This document shows positions 27,801 through 41,168 of a stretch of DNA of 64,000 nucleotides, in pieces; within the stretch, counting starts at the first letter, position 1, and every line of letters begins with the position of its first letter. Location: positions 12,203,866 to 12,267,865 of the forward strand of contig CM119265.1 of assembly GCA_051294375.1 (NCBI GenBank), read 5' to 3'. This stretch comes from Paraspadella gotoi. Its lineage: Eukaryota > Animalia > Chaetognatha. A program made the position numbers and the translations under genes. The notes under the pieces are model-generated. The model saw nothing but the letters and a program-made list of their open reading frames with translations. It was not told the DNA's origin and did not search any database.

Positions 27801-30446
27801 CATAGTGGAACAGGGCAAAGTTGTGTTTTTGGGCGCCTCATCAGCTGGAGTCCTTGGATACCAAGTTGATGCCCGCGGAGGTAAAACGCATTGCCATCTC
27901 GCTTGGCTGACATCCGCAATTCTTCCGACCCAACGACCATTTAAGGAACTCCAGCGTCTTCCTCGGAGTCCTAGAACTGATTACAGACGCTTCTGCGCCA
28001 TGCCATGCCGCACACCTCGAGCCCCTCATACGATCACTCCGAGGCAAAGCCAAAACGACTGCACATGGACAGAAAACCATGACGCGGGCATTCTGGCAGC
28101 CAAAAACCTCCTCGCCAGACGCCACCGCTTCCTTTTGCACCCAATCGACGGGCGCGCCGCTTGCCCTAACGGTCGATGCTTCTCTCTCTGCCATTGGTCG
28201 CAGTGCTCGGGCAGGCCATTGATGGCGAGTGGAAGACCACTGGGGCTTCTTTTCTTCCCGCATCTCTCGGGCTCGCCAGCGCCGTGGCCCACCGTTTGAC
28301 CGCATTCTGCAGCCTATATACGCGCGGTTCGCCATTCGCTCCCGCACATTCTGGAAGGAACGCCCGCTCTTTGTGCTGTTTCCGATACACAACAGTTTAG
28401 TCCCCGCAATTCGCAAAAAAACTGAGGCCTCATACAATGAGACAAATCGTATCAGCTGGCGGCCATAGCGGAATAATACAAACAATGTGCGCTACATATA
28501 GAGGCAAAGCGAATAATGGTTGTGCTTGATGCCCTCTCGCGGCCCTCCACTTTCCACCCTGCCGCAGCACCCACTCTGGAGGGCTACCAATCAACTCAAT
28601 CACAGACACCGGCAGATCGATTTACTGCTTTGGCGGCGGGACTCAAATCAATGACCCTGATACCACAATCGCCTTCTCGCAGACGCACATACCTCTTTGC
28701 GTTTCCAAAATGGTCAAGGTTGATGGTGCCAACATAACTCTGCGACGTCATAGTGGCTCCGGGCGCGTCCGCTGTGGTACCCCAACACCTGGACGTCGGA
28801 AAAATTTTCGACGCAATTTCATGGTCTTCTCATCCGGGGTTGAAAGAGCAACAAAAAAGCTTGCTTTGACATCTGCCGATCTCACATGGCCGCGGCCAAA
28901 ACGGACATAGCAGAATGGACACCGCTACCTGCCATCACTTGCCAGAGCGTCAAAGTCACAACACCGTCCAGCTTCCACTGCAACAATTCAACACCAGAGC
29001 GCCTGTTCATTGAGCACTGTCCAATTTGATCTGGTTGCGGACCTCTTACCAGCATCAGCAGCCACACCCACCTTTTAACTTGCATTGACGCGTCCCGTTG
29101 GCCGAGAGCTATCCCCATACGCGACACCTTCACACTTGCCACGAGTGCTGCTGACTTTCTCTCCAAAAATTGGATTTCACGTTTTGGGGATTCCAGCTAC
29201 AGTCACTACTGATGTGGATAACAATTACGTCCGAAACTGGACACCAAACTTTCAAGAAATGGTTGGCTTCAACTTGCACAACCACAGCCTACATCCCCAG
29301 TCAAACGGGAATGAATAGAGAGATAGGCCACAGGACACTCAAAAAGCATCCCTCAAAAAGCTCGCTGCGACGGCGCGCAGCAGACAATTAGTGACATCAC
29401 AACTTCCTTGCGTGCCTGCTTGCCCCTCGAAACAACCCCATAAGAGGACATTGGATGCCTCGCCGGCTGAACTTAGTTATGGTGTGAAGCACTCACAATC
29501 CCAGAGCAGAGCACTTGGCCCCATTCACCCAAAGCGATACGGATGCCACGAACGAGCTGAGATGCTGCAAATCTAAGAACTGAAGTCGCTCTTAATGGAC
29601 GACCCACCTCCAGTTCTGCTCACTCCTTACCAACAACAAGAATCCAAACTCTCGGAAATGCAGAATTTGTTTTCCTTAAAACGTCCGGCAAATGCATGGA
29701 GCAGTTGCAGGCAACCCTATGTAGGTCCATTCCGAGTCATCCAAAGAGGGCCAACGAACTTTGACTGCTTGGGACATTCCTGGGACGCGGACCCGACCAC
29801 AGTCACATATGACAGAGTCCAAACCAGCTGCCATCGATCAACAAACACCACCTATGAACCACCCCAAGCTCCAAAAAAGAGGCCGACCACGCAAACGAAC
29901 CCATTCCACTTTACAAGATTCATCACCCATCAAAAAAACTCGTACACTGGAATCAGAGTCTCCAAACCAACGGCCCGCCCTTTCACCTGAACCACGATTG
30001 GCATCCGACGACCACGTGCAAGGGTCTGCTCTACTCGGATTCAACCACCAGAAGCATGTTTTGAAACAACTTTTTCCCTCTACAGCACCTTGTTCCACAC
30101 CGGACGAAGATATGAGCCCAAAGCATTCAAACCCTGGCCACACAATGAAGATGCTGACAGGCCTTGGGGGGGATTATTGTGGTGACAAACCACAACGACA
30201 ACAACAATCAAACCTTAACGGACTCTTAAACTTACCTAAATCTAGTGACCTACGACTTTAGGTCAAATTAGTAATTGACCACTAGATTCGTGTTCGACTC
30301 TTATTGTTTTTTTACTATTGTCTTTTCTCTTTTTGTATTGTCGTTTTTCTCTCTGAAAATGATTTTGACATTACATGTGTGTAAGATAAATTCGTGAAAC
30401 GTCTTCTTATTTTCTTCTTTAAATTCCTATCAATTCATTTACCAAA
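24889..30446 (+). mobile_element. Ty3/Gypsy LTR retrotransposon, copy 2 (same element, different indels)
   Basis: LTRs ~24889-25157 and ~30178-30446; same domain fragments (FQAYHQ, HVKKTAIITP, VVLDALSR, PYVGPFRVIQRGPTNF). Confidence 0.93.
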
Positions 30447-31526
30447 ATTCTGTGATTTTTAGGGGTGTATTCTTCAATTAAATTAAAAAACACGTGCACC
30501 CCATGTCCTCTCAGCATTTAAAATTCATCCTTACATCTTAAATATCCAAGTACAACCGAACGACCGAGTCAAAAAAATTTGTTGAATTTCTTCTAAAAGT
30601 AAAATCAAACGGACTTTGACAATTTCTAAAATCACCGATTGCATATAAATTCGACAAAATTAGCAATTTCGATAAACACGAATCGAAAAAAAACTTAAAA
30701 CTAAAAAACCTGAGATAAAATAATCTCGACCCAACGAATATCTGAATGCTTTTCATTCCTTCGCCAAAAACAAAACTATTCTGCGCACATCTTGACTCGC
30801 GACAAAATTATTTTTAAAAATAATTAGAATATTAAAGACCAAAAATCTAAATAATATACAAAGAATTCTACCCATTACAGAAGCTCGTTTTCTTCAGAAT
30901 CCATATAGTTACAACCGAGAACGCGTAAATTATATACGATAGGTCAACCTTATAGGCTGTTTTTTAATTTTCTGAGTCATCTCCGGAGACGAACGACTCT
31001 TTGAAGGTCTCTTCTTTTTAAACTCCAAGATTTTAATTGTGAGAGTAACGTTTTTTTTTTTCCCTTTGATTGGGTAACAAGTTGAAAAATCTATCGGCCC
31101 GGTTAAGCTTACCCACGATGAATTCATATAACTAGTAGTGAACTGAGCAGTAACAACAGTATTCTCCCGATTGCGTCGATGTGGCGCTCATGAATTAAAT
31201 CTCTACAATCAATTCTTTACTCGCCTACTATTGTAACTATATCTTCACAACCCGTGCGTGTTGTCTACATTTGAACACAAAACTCTACAATATGTTCATT
31301 TAATTAAGTAACAGTTACCTGTAGGTGTTTTGATATTAAGAATGTGTTGTTGTGCGGCACAAAACAACATTTAGCTAGGGTAAAAAGACACGAAGAAGGA
31401 AAGTCGAGAGAAAAGTCGAGTTCTACATGTCATAGACGGTCGAGTGATGTATATCGAGGAGAGAGAGGGGGACGACTGACTAGTTCTGGACGCATTATTT
31501 CAAGAACGAATCGAAATGATGTGAAA

Positions 31527-31551
31527 NNNNNNNNNNNNNNNNNNNNNNNNN
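31527..31551. other. Assembly gap (25 N)
   Basis: Run of 25 n. Confidence 1.
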
Positions 31552-31945
31552 TCTCTCTAAGAAAGTATGTGAACCACGTTAGCGAAATATATTTTGCTGA
31601 ATATATTTGCCACAATCACCAAAAAACATTCTGTGATTTTTAGGGGTGTATTCTTCAATTAAATTAAAACACGTGCACCCCATGTCCTCTCACATTTAAA
31701 TCATCCTTACATCTTAAATATCCAAGTACAACCGAACGCCGAGTCAAAAAAATTTGTTGAATTTCTTCTAAAAGTAAAATCAAACGGACTTTGACAATTT
31801 CTAAAATCACCGATTGCATAAATTCGACAAAATTAGCAATTTTCGATAAACACGAATCGAAAAAATCTAAAACTTAAAAACCTGAGATAAAATTAATCTC
31901 GACCCAAGCGAATATCTGAAATGCTTCCATTTCCTTCGCCAAAAC
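31552..31945. other. Empty (pre-insertion) version of the retrotransposon integration site
   Basis: aatcaccaaaaaacATTCTgtgatttttagggg joins the 5' flank (17445-17460) directly to the 3' flank (23052 onward). Confidence 0.85.
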
Positions 31946-32159
31946 ACTTCGCAACCAGCAAAAAAAAAAATTAAATTCACGGGAAAAGTTACAACCGAAT
32001 CGAAAATGCTTTTTTTTCACAGCCTTTTGATGTTTAGATCAGTTTTTTTTTCCTTGATTGGGTTTCGCGAGAAAATCCTGTTAATCATTCACGTAAGAAG
32101 ATTATTCTAACCAAATCTAATTTCGATAAGTTTTTTGAAAAAAGGAAAGGGAGAGAGGG

Positions 32160-32203
<44 letters not shown>

Positions 32204-32516
32204 GAAAGAGAGAGGTTTGTTTTTCTACAATTTAATTCTGTAAGATTGCTACGATGACGTAAGTCAGTGCAATTACAGTATGCCCCTTTCCACCTCAACC
32301 CACTGACGATTCCCTCTATTTGCGTAACACCACACCGTCCCCCGCTGTCCGTTTTTAACGCCACAGTCACAACCATAACGCAACAACCCCCCCCCCCGCA
32401 ACTTTCTGCCCATCGCGGTTTTTCCAAGTTTTTTAGGTTCGCCGACTTTTAGGCTCATTAAGACCCGAAAACCTCTTTGCGCGTCTACATCCGATGACGA
32501 AAATAGAGAGAGAAGA

Positions 32517-32565
<49 letters not shown>

Positions 32566-32963
32566 AAGAGAGAGAGAGAAAGCTAAGAGATTCATTATAT
32601 TTTCAAGTTTAAGTATCTTTTTTCTCGCTCATTTGCACACGCTCTAAATGCAGGGGCTAAAGAGTTTCCGATCCGCGATTACTTAGTGCCAAAAGTCGTA
32701 ACGTGAATCTTATAACATCTCCTTTGCGTCGAACTGACGACTTTCGCTCTCTCCCCTTTGAAAAACGCAAAAAAAAAGGGTAAACCACTTTTAGACGAAT
32801 TTTGGAAATGAGATTTTCTCTCTCTCTCACTCCGTTCCTTCCTCCTCTTTTTTTAATGTTTTTTTTTTTTTTAGCTCTCCCTCTCTTTTTCTGTGTGTCT
32901 CTCCCATTTCCATGCGAGAAAGACGATTCGAGTCTTTTCTCTTTTTTTTCAACCTCTATCTTC

Positions 32964-33068
<105 letters not shown>

Positions 33069-33171
33069 GCAGAGCCAGAAGCGCGAACTGTACATCTCAT
33101 CCTGCGAATATTTTAAATTGCCTTCAATTTCTGGTCGCAGGTTAATGGAAATATGTTCGCGTTACTCTCTC

Positions 33172-33207
<36 letters not shown>

Positions 33208-33413
33208 GCGTTCTTCCCTGCGGCAATTATATCGAAAATTGCTTCTAACATCGCATTGTCTTCGTCACAATAGAAATCGACCTACTGTGAGATAAGCCGA
33301 CAAATCGCCTTTTTTTCTCCTCTCTCGACGTCATATATTCACAATGGTTAAGACAAAAAATATAATAGAAAAAAAAACATTTTTTTTACAGCATCGTCTA
33401 TTTTATTTTTTAT

Positions 33414-33446
<33 letters not shown>

Positions 33447-33502
33447 TTCGCTGTCATTGTTTCCCTCCTTTCTGCTCCCTCGATCTAACCCCAAACGATC
33501 TA

Positions 33503-33621
<119 letters not shown>

Positions 33622-33628
33622 AGTCTCC

Positions 33629-33659
<31 letters not shown>

Positions 33660-33850
33660 GAGGCTTTTCGGGACCGAACGTAGATAAGTACGTAGCTGAA
33701 CAGTTCGGTCAGGCGGGGTTACTAGATCATCCCGATTCGACGGCCGGAGGTTCTAAATCCGAGGATAATAAAGGGTCGACTTCATGAGCCGTTCAACAGG
33801 TCTACCTCAAAACAGAGTAGATCCGAGCGAGAGCGAGTGAGAGAAATAGA

Positions 33851-33889
<39 letters not shown>

Positions 33890-34271
33890 AAATACGGCTC
33901 TTTCTGTCTAATAATCTGTCCGCAATCTCGTTCAAGGAAGCCAACTGAAATATTGCACCTTTTTCTCAATTTATTATTTCGTAAAAAAAAATATAATACA
34001 AATATTTGCGCGCGATGAAGGCAAAGCATGTTACTTTGATAATTTAGTATTTACCATCAGACCCCTTCTTGGTTGGTTTGTTTATCTTTTAAGTTGTTTT
34101 TTTTCATGATTCAGACTCGTCAAATTTATGAAACGTGCGAATAATAAATTTATTTCGTTTTTATTCCATTTCATTCCAGTGTTTTTTTCAAAGGGGTAAA
34201 CCAGATGACTGCCCCCGGAGCCAAACCCGAAAAAGTCTTTTACCCCAATTAACTTATTAACGCGAAAGAGA

Positions 34272-36310
34272 ATGTCATCTAAACGCAAGATTAACTTGGC
34301 TCGACGTTTCGTCTACAACAGCGAAGGTAAGGACAAGCGTTTGAAAATTAGGCTTAAACGTATTATATTATATTATCTTTGATATATAAGAACAATTTTT
34401 TGTAATGATGATGACTTATTTTCCCCCAAGGAAATTTTTAATCTTTTTCCTCCCCGAATTCAGTCGTCGAGGAACCGGGCAAGGCAGAGGATGGTGGAAG
34501 ATCGAATCCAGAGGAAGTCAGCCGATGCGAATCCGAAGACGTAACAGTGAAATGTTCCGAACACTCGAAAGGTAAAGGGATGGATCATCTTCCTCGTACT
34601 TCCCCTCTCTCAGTAATAACGAGTCTCTCGCCAGACATTCGAAGGGTTTTATCATCTTTTAGGTCTGACCTCGACCGGAAAAAATCTCATCGCATTAAAA
34701 CGTCGGCGCTCTACGCAAATTAAGACATTTCTATCTCTCATTTTTTTTTTTTTTTGTTTTTTTTTGCTCAGGTCTGTCTCTGGATTTTTTGTATCCTTCG
34801 GGACCGATTCGACGGCTGATAGACGATGTGGTTAATCTATTCCATGTTCCGTGGGTAAGTTCTTCTCTTGCAAGTGATAGATATTTTGGATAATATTTTG
34901 GTAGTTGAATTATTATTTTAGGGTAAGTTGTTTTGTAAGTTTATTTTTACGCATAACCCCTGACTTTATGTACTCTGTAGTACTTATTGGATGTTGTGTT
35001 GTGTTGTCTTTTCTTAATTCTTTTCTTCTTCATTTTCCCAGGAATTCGCTCTCTTTCCGCTGCTCGCCTGTTCGGCGGCGTTGGTGTCACGCGTCAAAGT
35101 GGGCGTGGACGCCGGATGGCGCGAACCTCTAACGTTTTGGGGCGGCGTAATCTCGGAGCCAGCATCGAAAAAGAGCACCGTTTTCAGGTTTTTCGCCGGT
35201 AAGTTTTTCGTATTTAAAATTGGTCGGTAGTTTCTTTTTTTTTTGCTGTGGAGCAAGGGCAATCTCGACTAAGATCCTCGCGGCCTGATTTTGGAATGTT
35301 TGTCCTGCCCCTACTCATAACATACTGTAAATAATGCAGTCAATATTTAATTATTATTAATTAATAAGTTAAGATAATACGGGTGCGAAAAAACAGGAAA
35401 TGCCAAAAATTAAAAAAAAAAATCTATTTTAACGACCACTTTAGCTAGTTTCGTCGTTAAGGTGTGCCGAAAATATATTTGAGTGTCTCCACACCCAACA
35501 AAAACTTCGGCTGCCGCCCGCCCGCCCGCCCGTTGATGTTATTGTTTTTTAATCGTAGACAAAGTCGTTAGCGAACGAATTAACAAAACCAGATTCGAAA
35601 TTGAGATTTTTGTTACGTCGTCATAAAAAAATGTTGTTTGTAGATTTGAAGTAGCTCTTTTATGCAGGATTTCTAACTCCAATAAATATTGTAGAAGTAG
35701 GAAAAGTGTTTATTGTTTTTTGAACGATCATTAATCAATTGGTCAAGGATGATGCTGGTCACGATCTGTCCTCATGAATTTGGCTGCTTATTTCCCTTGT
35801 ATTATCTTGAATTCAAATAATAGTTACTTACAACCATTCTGGTAAACCAGGACGATCAATTGTTCACTCTAAGCTTTTCTTGGCTATGAAGCTACAAAAC
35901 TGTCGATTAATAAACGTCATGAAACTTGTCAATTGACTCCCAATTTCACTCCGGATTTGAGAAAACAAGAATGTGTGTTCGCTTAAGGATATTCGCGAAA
36001 GTTTCGCTGAAACGACTTTGAAGCTGTTTCGAATAACATTGCTTAATTAGGTCTTTAAAGTACTAAATATATGTTTCTGCGTTGGAATCCAAATTTTTAA
36101 TCATTGATTATTCAAATAATGCTCTATTACATAACAAATCTTATGTTTTTTTGTTCTATACTACATTCTAGACTCGATTTGCGCTCTTCGTCGTTGGGCG
36201 ACGAAGACGACACCAGCGGCTGGGATCGAAATCACTTTCGGCGCGAATCTCGCGTCTCTTCCGGTCGCCGACGAGGATGTCGAGGACGTTGTATTTGGTG
36301 AGAAAGAGCG

Positions 36311-36341
<31 letters not shown>

Positions 36342-39300
36342 ATGATCGCGACGATGTCGTAAACACCACAATTATTATTTCACCCCGATCCAATAATGTT
36401 TCCTCTCTTTGGAACAGCTCATTTCAACTTTCAACTTCCAATTCCTTTCCTTCACCCATTTCTTCTCTCCCCCCCCCCCCCCCCGCTCAGGCTTCTACGA
36501 GGACCTGGCGTCTCTCGCCGCCACCGACTCTTCCTTCTCGTCTCGATTCGACGCCATTTCTCCGTCCACGATTCCATCGATGGCCAAACGGAGTCGGCCC
36601 ACGAGCTTCGCCGCTTTCCTCGATCAAAACGTGAGATTTAAAATCGATCGACCCCGATTTAAAAAGTTATTTTTTTTTTATTTCTCGTCCGTTCAAGAAT
36701 ACGTGATGGCGAACTCGTGTTGATGTTTTTATAGTAGTGCATAAGTTTAAAATCGATATCGTATTTCATGAATTCGCTCTCCTGATTACCATAAATCGAT
36801 TCTTCTCTCATTTTGTTCGCCACTTTTATCTCGGTCACATCCACTAGTTTTAAAAAGAATAGACTGCCTATTTTGAAATAAAACATTAGTCACTTTCAAT
36901 CGAAATCGATTTCTCTTTGAGGATGTGCAAAAGTTACGCCGGATCGAATCCGTGTCCAACGCCACCATTCTGTGCAATCCATCGGCGCAACCGGAGAATT
37001 GTGCGACTGCTAAACCAAGTGAGTTATTTCAAATAGTTTTTTTAATCAATTGTTCCAAAGATTAAACACAATCATATTTTACTCGATCTAAGCGGAAATA
37101 TTTTTTTCCCTTTATCCAGGTCTTTCAGAAACTCAAAAGTCACTCACGAATCTTTTGCAAATTTTATTCGAGTTTCACTGTCGGCCCGAGATCGAAGAGA
37201 TTTACGAATTTGACGACAAAACCAGGAAACAGTTAAAAGTAATTTTCCTTTTCTATCGGCTTACTTACTTACTTACGTATTTTCATCTTATTTTCAAATT
37301 AAAACTAATTGAATTAAATTGAGAAAGCTTAAAATTTGGGGCCCAGGTGACTTATTATTCAATAATCCGTCCAGGACTTTGAATCGTCCCTTTCGCCGCT
37401 CGATTTTTCCCGTGTCTCTCGATCCAAGATGGAGTCAGTCGTCGTACGCGTCGCCGCCGTCTTCGCCGCCCTCGACTCCGCCGCCAGGAAGATGGGAAAG
37501 AACGAAGAGGAAAGTCCGAAGGAAAGAGAGGAAGAGTCGATGAAGGTGGAGAACGGAGAGAAGGAGGAGGAGGAGGAGGAGGAGGAGGAGGAGGACAAAG
37601 TGGAGAAAGTGAAAAAGATCGATGAAGAGAGTTTAAAAGAGAGAGAGGGAGAGGAAGTGAGGATAAAGAAAGAGGTTAAAGAAGAGACTACGCCAAATAC
37701 AGAGAACGAATGGAACTGGAGAGTCAAGGTGAGATAATGTTAAAATAATAATATCTGTTTATGCTTTTATATTGAAAAAAAAAAAGGAGTGTAAAGTTTT
37801 AAAAATGAAAACTGAGAATGTTATATATAATATATTATAAATATAATATATATAAAAAACAATGCATTAATAAGAAAACAAAAGGTATACGTCTCGTTTC
37901 CAGGAAAGCGACTTTCGTATGTCCCGCCACCTCGTGGAAAGCTGGATTGGCATCAGCAAAAACGCGGCTTCTAACGAAACAAAAGACAATCATTTTTTTC
38001 AACTCAAGAAGCGGCCACGACTGATGGTCGAAAAAAGGGAGACACAAGCAATACGGCAACAGCCTAGTCCTTACAACACTGCCGCAGAGGCTGACAATAC
38101 AATCAATGGAAACCATCACAATCATTTCCTCAATAATAATAACAACAACAACATCGAGGATGAGGAAACAAAGAGTCACGAAACCGTAGACCGCGATGAC
38201 AACGACGACGACAAAGAATCCGTTAAGTTGGAAATCGCTCTGACGAACGGCGACGCCGAGGAAGACGACGAAGACGCCGATCGGAAGCGAGACGCGGAAA
38301 AGTGCCGGTCGGAAAGGGACGCCTGTTTTGATTCGTCGGGCGCGCAGGCGCTGCTCGCTCGGAGAGAAATTGGAGAGATACCAGGTAAGCGGATTAAATT
38401 CATAAAAAAATAAAATATTCTTGAGTCTCGACGGAAAAATGTCACAGTAAACTCGGTGACGCAATGCTTATTTCCGTTTTTTAAAAAAATGGATTTATCG
38501 TGTTTTTTTGTTTTTGTATTTTGTTTTTTTATATTCTTTTTTTTTTACTAGATTACACGCGACTATTGATTTTTTCCTAAGCCGACAGAAGGAATAATTG
38601 TTTTTGTTTGTTAACGTTACGTCATTGAAAGAAATGTTTTAAAGAAAGCTGCACTTCATCTCAGACTCGTGTGGGCGCGAGATTGAAAGCTCCTCCTCTA
38701 ATTGAACGGTTTAATTTGCGCAAGAGTGAAAAAATATTGTCCATTTCGCATTCCACTCCGCCCCCTTTTCCTCCCTTCCCATTCTCCCCCCACCCGCTCG
38801 GGCAATCAGGCGTCCCTCCTTTCCCCGCGTCCCCCTATTTAAACCCCGCCTCTAATTCCTCCGCCTTCCTGCAATACCAACAAGAACTTCAGAAAAACCT
38901 CAACAGCTTCGTTCAGCAACAGTTCAACCTCGCATCTACCTCATCAAATTCTTCGGTGAGTTTCACGATCGTTAAGTTTGATTTTTAGTAGATATTGTAT
39001 GAAACTTCGTATAAACTTCGAGTTCGTATAAAGGGCAACCCGGCTCCATGGCAAGTTCAAGAAATATTGTCAACCGCAATAACGGAAGGATTATTTATTC
39101 TTTCTTTAATAAAAGTTATTACTTTAATGACATTATAAATGTATTTTCTTATTTTTTAAAAAAAGTTTTCTTTTGAAATATGATAAAACAAATAATCTTG
39201 TATCACGTAGAAAGAAACGCGTTGCGTTGCGTCCACATTAGATCATATTTGACATTAAACAATTAATTGAATACACAATCAGTTATTATACCATAACATA

Positions 39301-41168
39301 TGAGTACAATAAGCAGTCTTTTTCCTGAGCCAACTCCGCCCCTTCCGACCCCCCTACCATCAACCACTTCTAGCTTACATCCAAACCCAACGGCGACGTT
39401 CACCCAGACGACGTCGCCGCCCACTCGAGCGACCTTTCTCCGCCGCCGGCGTCCTTGGCGCCGCTGCACGAGCGTCAATTCCGGTCGCCCGAGAGTCCCG
39501 CTTCTCCGGCTTCGGCGGCGTCGAGCTCCAATTTTCAGATGTCGCCGGACGACGCTCTTGCGGCCGGTGGCGCCCTCGCCGCGCTTAATCAATTCAGCGT
39601 GGCGCCGCCCCGAGGACCGGGCATCAGGTGACTGTTACCTTTCTCGTTAACTTTCTCGCAGCAAAGTTTGACAATTTTTTAACTCGGTTTGAAATCATGT
39701 AAATTTAATAATCAACTTTGAAACATGTCCAAAAAATAAATGTTTGCAATGCTAGAGTTCAAATTATTACGCCATCGTTGTGGTTAACGTCATTATACTC
39801 TTCTAATTTTTTGTAATATTTATATATATATAATATATATTATAATATAATATAATATACCCTCTGTTTGCCCCTCAGTCCCTTGACAACGCACCACTCC
39901 ATGCTTGACGGGGCGGTTCTGCTGGAGACTGACAACCCGGACGAGGACGGCACGACGCCCATAGACGCCGCCGAGAAGGACGTGCTCATCCGGCAGGCCG
40001 GACACAAGATTAAGAAACTCTTGGGTTAGTTTTTTTTTTTTTTTTTGAAAATAATAAAAATTCGCAATAATTGTTAGATATTTTTTTCAAAAAAAGTCGT
40101 TTCTTCATATTGAAGAAAAAATATCTGGCCACTTGATCGGTGTGCTGTTGTCCACAATATCACGTTTTTAAAACGTATGTATTTTTTTAAAAAAATTTTC
40201 GGAAAATTTGTTTCACCTTTCACAGAATATCAAATAAATCCCTGGATCACGGCCTCACAATGCGCTCAACGTCACCTCATGCCTCCCATAAGCAAACACA
40301 GTGAGTTTTTCTCATTGAACCTTTTTTTTTGTCTGCGTGAGTCTGTGTTTTCATTCGCGTTCCATTCCTCTACTCACAAGGAATGAGCATCCTTTCTGGG
40401 ACGAATTACGACAAAGTAACCCGTTATCCGGTTTGCGTGGCCAAAGCTTGGCTCAAAAAAATGGCCCGACTGGGTTTCGGGCAGCTGGAGGGCCACGCGG
40501 GCGCCGGTTCGGCGGGCAGTAAGCGGACGGGCCTCTACTTTCGCAAGACGCCGTCGGCTCAATTGGGAGAGGATCAGCATCAGATCCTCAAGACTCTGCG
40601 CATCTCCAAGGAAGACTACGACAGATGCTTCAACAAACCCCCGGGGGAGGTGCAGGTGAGAACTGATTAAATAAAAATCATTGAAAGTAAGTGATAGCAG
40701 CCTCAGTGGCTCACCTCGCCATACGGGATGTTGTTTTTCAAGTGCGTCTGGATGTATAACATTTTCATTTACAATTACATTTTCACTTTTTTTCTTTACC
40801 AGACGACAACTTCTTCGGGCGGCTCTCGTGGTCGTGGCCGCGGCAGCCGAAGTAGTGGGATGCTGGGCCGCGGCGGAGCGCACCTCTCCGCCCACAACAT
40901 GATCAACCTGATGATGAAGTCGGAAGGATCTGAGTTTCCCGAAGGCCTCGTGCTCCCCTTCCCGTCGCCGTCGACGCCGCATCTCAGCAATCCCCTCGCC
41001 GCCGCGGCAGCTGCCGCCGCTGTCCGGTCACCTGCCTCGCCGACGAATCACTTTGACCCGCAGACGTTTCGCGCCGCCAGCGCCGCCGCCGCTGCGGCGA
41101 ATGGTTTCAGTATGAAGCTAATTCCTGGATACTCAAAATGGAAGCTCAAAGACATCATGATGGAATGA
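34272..41168 (+). CDS. DUF3987/YfjI-like degenerate P-loop protein with acidic/low-complexity insertions and C-terminal winged-helix-like region, 16 exons
   Basis: Exons 34272-34326, 34464-34571, 34772-34854, 35042-35198, 36172-36297, 36491-36630, 36922-37018, 37120-37238, 37375-37728, 37904-38384, 38810-38955, 39374-39627, 39879-40024, 40226-40300, 40381-40655, 40803-41168, phase-consistent. Motifs VPWEFALFPLLACSAALV..GWREPLTFWGGVISEPASKKSTVF and SKMESVVVRVAAVFAAL recall DUF3987; C-terminal AKAWLKKMARLGFGQL...YFRK. Gene is well supported; family call is from pattern recognition only. Confidence 0.7.

Larger units (their letters stand above)
16742..31526. repeat. Tandem duplication of a ~7.4 kb unit (approx. 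16742-24133 and 24152-31526), each carrying the LTR element and identical flanks
   Basis: Flanks recur verbatim (e.g. ORFs 23537-23734 and 30930-31127 are identical; cgcccgcgccacgaaa.. at 16745 and 24155); bounded by two 25-N gaps. Confidence 0.9.

Noticed and set aside
17825-30261. Dozens of short ORFs on both strands within the retrotransposon copies
   Set aside because: Frameshifted fragments or antisense readings of one gag-pol; not separate genes.
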